A DNA stretch of 64,000 nucleotides, taken from the human T2T-CHM13v2.0 reference genome, Homo sapiens. The notes below the pieces were generated by a model, which was given only the letters and a program-made list of their open reading frames with translations, made no database searches and was not told the DNA's origin. Location of the stretch: the NCBI RefSeq assembly GCF_009914755.1, contig NC_060939.1. One strand, 5' to 3'. This document shows, one piece after another, positions 53,940-64,000 of this stretch (within the stretch, counting starts at the first letter, position 1; every line of letters begins with the position of its first letter). Both the position numbers and the translations under genes were made by a program.

Positions 53940-56830
53940 TCCTGCTTGAGAGGAGGGGGTGGGGGGCGAACTGCGCTGCAAGTTCGGAGCAATTGGAATC
54001 AGGCTCGCGGTGCGCTGATCTCGGGTGACAGAGCGTGTGTTGAAGCTGAACTCTATAATTTGCGCTTCTGTTCCTTTATTAGGCCTGGACAACGAACTAA
54101 TGAGCTTTGGCCCAGTACAATGTCACTTGTATTTATTTTCTTATGGCAACTTTGAGATAGCGGAAGTGTTCTTTACCAAGAGCCAGGGAGGGCCCGGAGT
54201 CCTGCCGGCTGCTGTCCCGGCCCGGGTCGGTGGCTGCGTCCCGGGGGAGCGAGGGCGCGGTGAGAGCGCGCGCAGAGCCGGCAAAGCTCGGGGACTGGGC
54301 TTCTAGGCGAAGCTAATGGGGCCCTCAGGAAGGCGTTAGGCCCTTTGGAGGCCCAGGCATCCCTACAGGAGCAGCTCCCTGAGGATGAGGTCGGGGGGCG
54401 CGGGGCAAGTCCAGGGCAAGTTCCCAGGCACGAGATGATGGAAGGCGCGAAAGTGGCATGGCTTCCTCCTGGCGCAGAGCAGGGGGTCCTTCCGCAAAGA
54501 CTGCCAGGCCAAGGAACCCTCTGAGCAAGCAGATGTACTCCGCCCGGTGGCCTGGGCGTCTGCTTTCTGCTGCAGGAACCTGGCCCAGCTCTGTTGCTCT
54601 CTGGGTTGGGGGTGAGGTGGGGTGAAGAGGATGCTTTAAAGGAGTTCTTGGGGTCCTCGGCATGCGGGGACTCCCTCCCTTCTCTTTCTGGTTTGGCCAC
54701 TCCAAAGGGTCGAAGTTGGAGAGGCCTGGAATAAAGTGAAGAAGCAGTGGGGGTTGGAGGGACAGAAGGGTCGGCGGAGGCAGTGCGGCGTCCCTTGTTC
54801 CCTGGCAGAGAGAATACGAGCCCACCACGGGGGGATTGTGGGTGGGGGGCAAGGGAAGGGAAGCCCCAGGAACTGCGAGGGGAGCGAGTACTTCTCTCCG
54901 CAGCCTGTCACTTTCCGAGGCTCCCGCCAGGCAGCCCTCGTTAATAACGCCTAGACACCGTGCCCCTGCCCGCCCCATCTCTCCTTGCCTCTCCTCACTT
55001 CATCTCTCTGCCTTACCACCCCCTCCCCACCTTTTCCTTCCTTCCTGCAAATGGGTGTTAACGTGGGTCTTTATGTTCTGTCTATAACTAGGATGTAATC
55101 ACGCACCCCATGCCTCTCTCTAAAAGCATTTCATAAATGTCTATTAAAGCGCTACGAATGTAAGATGAATTTAGTGGCGCGGCTGCCTCCCTGAATCCGA
55201 ACGGTAATGATGGATTTATCAACGGGGATTCGCCTTCAGCCCAGCGAGGGAGGTTTACTCAGCAAATATGTCGGCGAGCACCCACCCAAATGCAATCATT
55301 TGACCCCCTGCGGACGATAGCTGCCGTGCCCCTTCCCACCGCTGGTCCTGCTTGGCCAGGGTCGCTGGGGGCCAGAGGCCGGCCCGGATGACCAGAGAGG
55401 TGGCCTCACGGATCCCTTGGCCTCTCGCCCCCTCCTCTGTTTCCTCCTCTCAGCTTGAGGCTCTCCTGGCAAGGGGGATCGATCTGGCGTGTAGGTTTGG
55501 TGGGGAGGGAGAGGGTGGTGGCGGTGCCAGAGCACAAGATGAAGTGTGGGCTGTCTTGGCGTTGCCAGGAGACATCAGTGGGTGCCATCGTGCCCTTCTT
55601 AGTTTGGAAGGGGCACAATTGTACCCAAGTCTCTGAGTGTGAGCTTAAGTGCCCTGCTTTTGACCAAATCTTAGTGTCTGGGATCGTGGCTGACTCGGCC
55701 CAGCCCTGGGCCCCATTGTAGGAAACGTGGCTGTAGGACAGAAGCCTGTGGTGCCCAGCCCCTTGGAAGGGCTCAGATGTGCCCAGAACGAATGCCTTGC
55801 CTGCCCATCCTCCTGGGGCTCCCTAGACCCCAAGCCAAAGCAGAGATACCTGTTATCAAAGGTTGGGGAAGAGCCTCCAAGGCAGGGGCAAAACTTCCAT
55901 ATCTCTTTCCCCCAAACTGATCTAGCTTCTCCTTCACCTTCCCCCACCGAGGCCACCCGGCCATTTTAAAGTTTAGTGGCTGTGGACTTTTAGAATTTGG
56001 TTTGGTCTGTGATCCTTACCGCACAGACCCAATGACCACCACCTCTTTCTTTTTGTCTTTTATCTGCTCTCCTTTTGAGGGGGAGGAAAGTGCTGGCCTG
56101 TTCCATCAAGCCCAGTTCGCATTTGCTTTAGCCTCTGATTTCTCTTTCTTCTTTGGAAATTTCATTGAGATGTCTCTGTACTTCGCTTGTCAGTTATCTT
56201 TGTTCCTTTTAAATAAAGGGCTTTTAAATGGACTTATTGCTCCCAGCGTGGGTTCCTCTCTCTAAATGTTAGAAAATTGTGCCATCTACCCGCTATGCTG
56301 AGTACTGTCACACTCGGAGACCTCGGGGACCTCCGGGCAGGCTTCAATGCTGCAGTGTCAGGGGCCGCGGGCAGCAGGAGGAGGGGGCGGCTCACGTGGA
56401 TTTTTACAGATCTCCGCCTGCAGCCGGCCCGCGTGGCCACGCCAGGGCACGGCCCGAGACGCGCGCAGCCGCCAGCTTGATGGCGGCCGCGAACTTGGCT
56501 GCAGCGGCAGATCTCCGACCAAATCGCAGGCGTGGCCGGGACTCTTCGCTTCTGCAGCATACAGCTGGCCGAGGGGGAGCCGCGGGTGGTTTTGGACCCC
56601 AACAGCAACTGGGGGTCAGGGATAACGGAGGACAATGGGAAAGGGGGAGCTGCCTAGGAGGGGGAGAGGGGTGGATTTTGCCGCGCCGCTTTGGAGCGCT
56701 CCCACGGCCTCTCCAGGCCGGTCTCTTTCCTTGGGGGATGCCAGGCTAGGGGCAGCGGAGAGCGAAAGCCGCGGAGTGGCTTCCCTGTCTCTTGGCCAGA
56801 GAGTTCTGGCCAGGCAGTTCGGCTGCAACT
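53940..56830. promoter_or_regulatory. Downstream CpG-rich island cluster
   Basis: CpG-dense blocks at ~53.9-55.4 kb and ~56.3-56.8 kb with no credible CDS. Confidence 0.7.
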
Positions 56831-58863
56831 TTCAGATCCATTTTCTCTGGTGGAGATATTTCTGGTGTCTTTTTGTAGGCCAGACTTCTTTCCTTTAGGG
56901 GAGAGTGGTTTAGATGGACCGAATTTGAGCAGATCAGGTGTCTGATGTGGGGTATCTTCACCCCAGCCCCGCCTCTGCAAAACACCCATCCGCAACTGCA
57001 GGTTCTTTTGAATGAGTTAAAATGGATTAACAGTTTGGATTTTATTATGTGGCTCCCCCTCACAGATGCCTTTTTTGTTGTTGTTTTTTGTTGTTTTGTT
57101 TTAACCCATAAGGAGTATTAGCTAAGATTTCCAAGTGTCAGTTGGGTATTTATGCTTGTGGGGGAAAAAAAATCTCCGATACGGTTTATGACTTTTATTA
57201 CATGCTTCACACTGTTCGAGAAATGGAGTTTTAAGCAACATACAATTAAATCTATATTGCTCTTTGGAAAAGGGCCAAGGAACTCAGCAATCAATTAGTT
57301 TAGATCTTTTCATACTTGTTGCTAAAATCAAAGTATAAAACTACAACCCTGGCTATACCTAAGAATAGCTTCTTTTCCTATTTTTTTTCAAGTCATGTAG
57401 CTAACACGTAGGAAATGGCAGCTGCCTTATTTTCCCAAGTTTCTTTTTTCTGATTCTTCTGCCTAGATTAGCCTTTAAATAATCAAACGATTTTCTCCCC
57501 CCGCCCCTTTCTCTCATTGCAGTTTCTCATCTGCCTTTATCTGCCTGGTTTAGTTTTAAAAAATACACTTATTTGTAATATGTATTATTTTTTAAATAAA
57601 TGTTCCTTAATCCTCTCTCTTTCTTCCCCCTTCCCTTGCCTGGCAGTGAGAAGGGAAACGATGTTGTTTAATAATCACAATAATACAGTGCTTTCTAGAC
57701 AAAGGCAAAATTAAATTTTTTATAACCACAACAAGAAGGGAATCAACCTCTCTTTCTCTCTCTCTCATCTCTGTCTCTTTAAATAAGCAGCTGAGGAAAT
57801 AATCTCCCGCACTGAACAGAAACTGCTTCCTCCTTGAAAATGCCACCGTTCCCACCTCCCTGGCCCTCTCTGGGCCAATCCCTTGGGCTGTCGGCTGTCT
57901 GCCTGTCCAAGACCCTGGTTGGGGGTGGGGGTGCGCCTATGGAGATCCAGGGGCGTAGTGAGAAGGCAGTGGGGTCTCGCTCGCCTACGTGCGGCTGCCG
58001 AGGCGGGGCTGACAGCAAGTTCTAAAGAGGGGCAGCTAATTTATTAAGTAATTCTTACTTCGCTTCAGCATCCTCTGCCTACAGCTCCCGAGGCTCCGGC
58101 GAGGAGGGGGAGGGGTCTGGGGCTGTGCGTCTCCCCCTCCGCATTTCCTTCTCCGCCTTCCAGGCTCCGCCAGCCCCTCCACCAGCCTCATCACTAATTA
58201 AAACGCCCTGTGGCTTTGGGACTGAGTAGGCCGGTCGTTGAACTGTCATCTCCGCCAGGATGGGAAATCTAGAACATCCCCTCTTCTGCAAAAAAGGTTC
58301 CGAACCCAGTGAAGTGATTGGGCGGAGTGTCATTAATCTCTCTCCAGAAGCTTTCCTTTTCCTCCTGGGGAGTGAGGACTCCGGCCTTTGCCTCCACCCA
58401 ACACGGTCGCCCGGCTAGGCCCCACCATCCCCACTGTCGACCCCGCCGTTGTGCCCATCCGTATGCCCTAATTGTGAGGAAGGTCTGGGAAACATTTTCT
58501 TTGCGCTAATTTTATATTTCCCCTTTCCCCCTTGCAACATTAAACATAATTTTGCGCTGTCACTGTCACTAAGATTGTGGTTTGCTGATGTCTCTACTTG
58601 GAAACATGACCCCTTCGCCTCCAACAGGGAGTCCTCCCCTTGCTTGCAGCCTCTAGTGCGGCCCCTTCTCCAGCGGGGACTTCAGAGCGTTTATGAAAAT
58701 GCTGGGGCGGGGGGTGAGGGGATGGGGAGGTACTGATAGTAGTAAAGGCCAGAAGGGTTCCTACCAGAACCCTACAATCATTCCAAACCCTCTTTTCCTA
58801 TGACAGCAGGAGCAAATGTAGTTTTGATGTGCGTTTGGTTGTTGGCTTGTTTGTTTAATAAAA

Positions 58864-58866
<3 letters not shown>

Positions 58867-58910
<44 letters not shown>
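58867..58910. repeat. (GT)22 microsatellite
   Basis: 44 nt of pure GT. Confidence 0.97.
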
Positions 58911-58913
<3 letters not shown>

Positions 58914-61900
58914 AATGTCTCAGTGTATGTGACAGGAAACCACTTTCAGAATTTCCCTTTGAATTTTTTTTGTTTGTTTGTTTTTGTGTCTGTCCTCCTC
59001 AACTTCTCTCTTTTCTTTATTCCCCTCCCCACTACATTTTCTCTGGCTAAGCAATAATCCCCTGGCCCAGTGGCCACGCTCCTGGAGATAAAATCCATTT
59101 ATCCCTTGTGTTGCCTCACTGAGGCCCGGTTATCCAGGGCCTTTGGCGACAGACTGGAACAAACAGAGATGAAGATATTTTTTCGTTTTCCATACCTGCT
59201 CCTCCCTTCCTTCAATGTGCCAGCCTAGAGGGGCTCTGGAGTTGAACAAATGTACCCACAACTGCAGGTTTGCTCTGGCGCCTGGTTGTGGTCCTAGTTG
59301 CTATTTGTTTGTCTCTTTGGAAGGAGCTGTTAGTTACATTCTGCTCCCCACAACAGTCTCAGAGCTTGCTTGCACCAAGGTTGGGAGGTTTCAGAGCGAT
59401 TATCTCATTTCGCTGGTGCAGAGGGAAGCTGCTGGCAGCCCCTGGATCAGACATTCAGTGGAAGGCCCATGTCACAGACCCAACCCGAAGGTTAATTTTC
59501 CCTCATTAGCATCTCCATAGTCTGCTCCTTGCAAGGGATCTCAGGTCCTTGCTGCTATTTTCTCCCTTCTCACTCTTTCTGACGAATTCACTCTCACTCG
59601 TGGTCTCCTCATCACAACCTTACATTCTGCCAGGTTCCTATTGAATCCATAGACTGATCGCTGAAAACCCATTTCATCAGTTTCCAACCAGTATGCCTAT
59701 TTTTAATCCTAGAGCCCCTCTCCTCCATCTGTATCTCTCTAGCCTCAATGCACCTCATTTACAAAGTGTTCTGCTTTATCCAAATTAGTTCACTTCCCCC
59801 CTTTTACTTTCTCATACCCCCTCATTCTTTCATTGAGTTCTAGCAAAAGCAAAAGATACAAAATGGCAAAGTTTGATGGGTTGGGGGAGACCATCCCAGC
59901 CATTTAGGAAGAAGCTGGAGGTTTGTAATGACAGAAAAAAAATGACAAAGAAAAGAGAATTGCATTTGTGGCTTAAGTGGGAGAATGTGTTTGTGTGTCT
60001 ATATCTCGGTGTGTTTTTAAGATTTCTTTGAACTGCTTTTGTGCTGACCCAACAAAGGCATTTGCTGAAGCTAGTCACGGTGTAGGAACTTTGAGTTAAC
60101 CTCTTATATCAAATGAATCTTTTCATTTAGAGACCAATAAATCTCAATCTCTAGCTACTTTTTGTAGACCCAGCTTGGGTTCAGTGAGACAAAACTGGGG
60201 CTTATAATACAGACCAGATAAAGTTTGCAAAAGTTGTTTTTTCCCCTCCATCCTTTTTTACCAACCTGAAAAATTTCCCCATCCAACAAATTAAAGCTCA
60301 GCAAATAAAAGTAGCAGCTCTTCCTCAGTGAGCAGAAGGTTAGGAATTTCTTTAGCATTTCACAGCAAAGCCTTTTCACTGAAATGGTTTTCCAAACTCA
60401 GAGGCCGAAAAGATTTATAGTTCTTCAACAAGTCATTATTTGGGTGTGTTTTTTAGGTGGGGCTGAGACAATCTAATAATCAATGTAAGACGGGTGGGTG
60501 GGGGGATTGGCTATGACCAAAAGAAGAGTTAACACCAGAAACATGAAAGCCAGTCTGGTCTCCAGGGATTGAATTTGGGAAAGCCTGCACACGGCTGCTC
60601 CTGGGCCATAAAGAAATACATTGTTAACAACAACAAAACAGACAATGCCCTGAGCTCTGCCTGGATTCAGAGCTGAGCTACTTTCAAGATATTTTAGCAG
60701 CACTGTTCATTTTGATGGGGTTTCTGGGCCATTTGAAATTCAACCTTTAGCCAGCCTGCTCATGGGGTATGGTTACAGAATTCATTTTCTGATTTACTAC
60801 CCCTCCTCCTGTATTTTCTTTATTTCCTGATGGCCTCCCATGGGGTTAATCTTTTTTCCCTTTCTTTTATATTTTCCAGTTTTGTTCTCCCCACAAACGA
60901 CTCAGTGTTTTTCCTGTTTCTACTGATCACTCATTTGCTTCCTTTCTCTCTTTCCTTCTTTAAGAGCCAGAGAAAAATAAAAAGAATGAGAAGGGGATTT
61001 CCAAATCGTTCTTTTCTAAGCATTATTAATTACTGTTACAAGGCAAAAGATTTTTAACCAATAACAAAGTTGTAAATTACCACTGACTTTCAAGTATTTC
61101 TCATTTGTCAGCTCTGATTGATTTGATTAATATTCCACTCTGAAATAATTTCAGCCGGACTTATCATCAGTTCTACTCATGAAGCAAAGAGCAGACTATC
61201 ACTGCTGCAGGGGATCTGACCACTCTGCTTTTACTCTTAATGTGAAGTTTGGGGTTTTGTCCTGAGGCCCGAGGTTCTGGGAAGGTGTACAGGCAGTTAA
61301 GTTTCGGGGATGAAGTGGACTGGCATATCTCCATATATTCAGTTATTTATATGTAATTTTGAAAACTTTGTTCAGGAACCTATTTGTATTGAAAGAACAA
61401 AACGGCATCATTTCCTTGCTCTCCTGAACATTTTTTTTTAAACTGAATATTCAAGGCTGAAGGAATGAATTTTTAAACAGTTCCTAAATCCAAGAAACTC
61501 ATTCGAACCCTATTAATTCTTATCCTACTGGATAGCATTTCTGAGAAAGAGTGGGCCTACTCTCTGCTCAGACCTATGGGAGATTTGGGTTACTGGTGGG
61601 GAAAAAAGTGTGTGCAGGGACAGGAGGGTGGGAGGGGCTCAGCACAAGACAGGGGCAGCCAGAAGACTCCACTTTTGGGGAGTGGGGTTATAGTTTCCCA
61701 AGGTCCTTTTCCGTGCCATCGTCATATCCAGAATGTAATTTTTGAAGCTATCAATACCCGCTGCCTCCAATACCTCTCGAGTTTTAATCTTAATTATATT
61801 ATTAAGTGAAGTACTCTGCTGTCAGGGCGTTGAACATGATTTATGACGTCTGCCTATTAGGGGATCGATTGTGAATATCGCCACTATCATCTATCAATAT

Positions 61901-62559
61901 TCTCAAGCCGGGGGTATTTCTCGCTCCACGGTAGTTATTTGTAATACCGAAATGATAGACTGCAGGAAAAGACTACTTCAGAGGACTCGCTTTTCAGGAG
62001 CAGCAGAGAGTGTGGTGAACCAGGAGACTCGGAGAGTTCCAACCACATCTGACACCCAGAGAGAGTTTAAAGTTTTTTTGTTTCTGTTTTTTAATGTAAA
62101 AACCAGTGAATTCTCCCGTGGGGCTAGTAGAAGAAAGCAAGCCAGAGTCGTTTTTAGGGAAAGGAGTAACCTCTGCAGGTCGATATCAGGGGGCGAGGGT
62201 TTCTAGCTGCCAGGTGATTTGCAATCAGACTAGAAGGAAAAAACTGGCAACCAGGGGCCCCTTTATAGGAAGATGGCTGGATGAGGGCTGCAGAGGGGTG
62301 CTGGGGGTAGACTGCGTATTTCTGCAGCAGATGCCCGGTCGCTATGCCCGTGGATTCGGAGGTGTTCAGTTTCTGGGATCAATTAAGACTCGCTGGCTGA
62401 GCCCTCGCTGCATCGCCGCTTTCACCTGCTCCTGCTTCCTCTGCATAGGTGGAAGCCCGTGCCAAAGACCTAGTGGCCAGGCCCGAGGGAGCCTGAACGC
62501 AGAGGCCTTTTGTCTCCAGACAGAGAGCAGCGCCTGCTTTTTTCCACTCTCACGGGGCA

Positions 62560-63240
62560 CGGCACTGGGTCACCAGCGAGTCTCAGCCTCCAGCGTTAGG
62601 GGGATGGGAGGAAGAGTCAGAGAATGGAGCAAAACTCTCCCGTTCTGGCGGCCTGGAGCTGGAGGCTAGAACACCCCGGGGGGGTGGGGCGTGGAGGGCG
62701 GCCTGAGTGCCGCGCCTGGCCCCTGCCCTGGGTGCGCACCAGGCCGCGAAAGCCGGGGGCCGCCTTCTCGGCTGCTGAAGCCCGGGAGTCAGTCAAGCGC
62801 CCTCTGGCACCGCGAGGGAGGCGCACCTCGCCTGGTGCAGAGTTGCCGCGACCCGAGCGGGAGGAGGCACAGGACGCAGGGCTCCTGGCCTGGCTGTGGG
62901 CTTGGCCTTGGCGCACTAAGCGCTCCCCATCTGCCCGAGCCTGGCCTCCGCGGCCCTCTCGGCCCAGTCTACGTTCGTTTAAGGACTTCAGCGCGAAGAA
63001 GAGCGAACGTGGCTAGAACCTGTTGACCTCTCCTCTGGCCTGGAAGTCCGCACAGCTCGTGGCAACACTGGACGGACTGGTTGTCAGGGGACGACCGCGG
63101 GCAGGTGGGGAGGAGGCCTTGGTCTGGCTCCTGGATTCCACCCTGGGACGGAAGGGGAAGCGGAAACCTTGACCTCAGCCACACAAGGACACCTATCTGG
63201 CTGTCTGCCTGCCCTGGCCCAGCCACCCGGTTCAGAGGCC
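62560..63240. promoter_or_regulatory. Distal CpG island
   Basis: GC- and CpG-rich block. Confidence 0.7.
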
Positions 63241-64000
63241 TACCCTTGGCCACAGTGGTTTGTCCTCAGGCTTGGAGTCCCCAGAGATGTGGACACAGTG
63301 ACTGGCACATAGTAAGCGCTTAATAAGTGTTAGATTGGCGGTGTCAATCATTTTTAGGCACATCCGGTTTCCTCCGTGAGCATCTCCCCTCTCACACACA
63401 TTTATTCCAGGCCAACAACATGCCTAGCTAGGTCCTTAAGCACCGCCACTCATACCCAGAGGCCCATCAGCTGCCTCGCTCCCTCTGAGCCCTGGAGCTG
63501 CAGCCCTCCACCCTTGACATGCGGGAGAAAGCCAGAGGCCCCTAGAGTCCCCCCCTCGGGGTGTTTTCCAGGCCTGGGACACCTGAGCAGGAGACACAGA
63601 GGCCTGAAGAAGGGTTAGCAGGTCCCTAATATGCCCCATCCATGTCAGCACTAGAGGAGGGGAATTCTGGTTAAATAAGAATATTCTGGACAGGGAGATG
63701 GTGGTTGGTCAGTTAAAAAAGAGAGAATCATTCAGTAAGGGATGCATGTGTGGGAAGAGTGGGGGGCACCTAGGGGCAGGCTGACGCAGAAGAAGCAATA
63801 GAGGCTGAGTCAGAGCACCACAATGACACCTTTTTCTTCCAGAAAGAATTCTTTAGTTAAGCCTTTAATCGGCCTTCGGTGAGCAGTGAGTTGTGGGAGG
63901 TAGTGCCATTAACTATACATACAATGTTCATGTAACCAGATTTTAATCATTTATGATCTTAATAAATAAATATGCTGCCTTCTGATTCTTTTTACTATCA

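Noticed and set aside
51279-56995. Several 130-224-aa Pro/Arg/Gly-rich ORFs in the downstream CpG islands
   Set aside because: Stop-poor GC-rich sequence gives overlapping ORFs in many frames, with no domain motifs or coherent exon structure.

Overview
Human (primate) genomic DNA containing the complete NR2F2 (COUP-TFII) orphan nuclear receptor gene on the + strand. Three coding exons (42697-43138, 44667-45194, 47936-48210; 442+528+275 = 1245 nt) encode the 414-aa protein. An upstream alternative first coding exon (36893-36935) gives a 281-aa isoform lacking the DNA-binding domain. The gene has a ~1.4-kb repeat-rich 5' leader, a ~2.6-kb 3' UTR and the intronic MIR1469 annotation. The left ~38 kb lies under the antisense lncRNA NR2F2-AS1; this is recalled annotation, and only splice-site candidates are visible in the sequence. 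That part carries all the Alus, an old L1 and most MIRs. From ~32 kb to the end is a chain of CpG islands with no Alu. Most other ORFs in the track are GC-rich or Alu-derived noise. This is a well-studied locus and I see no new protein-coding system. The best leads are regulatory: (1) uORFs that read the 5'-leader triplet repeats as Arg/Gln and poly-Ser peptides; (2) a (CTT)n acceptor with a 116-nt AG-free zone; (3) triple AATAAA over the stop codon; (4) an intronic in-frame ATG extension of the LBD; (5) a divergent CpG-island promoter just past the 3' end; (6) a few unexplained local duplications.
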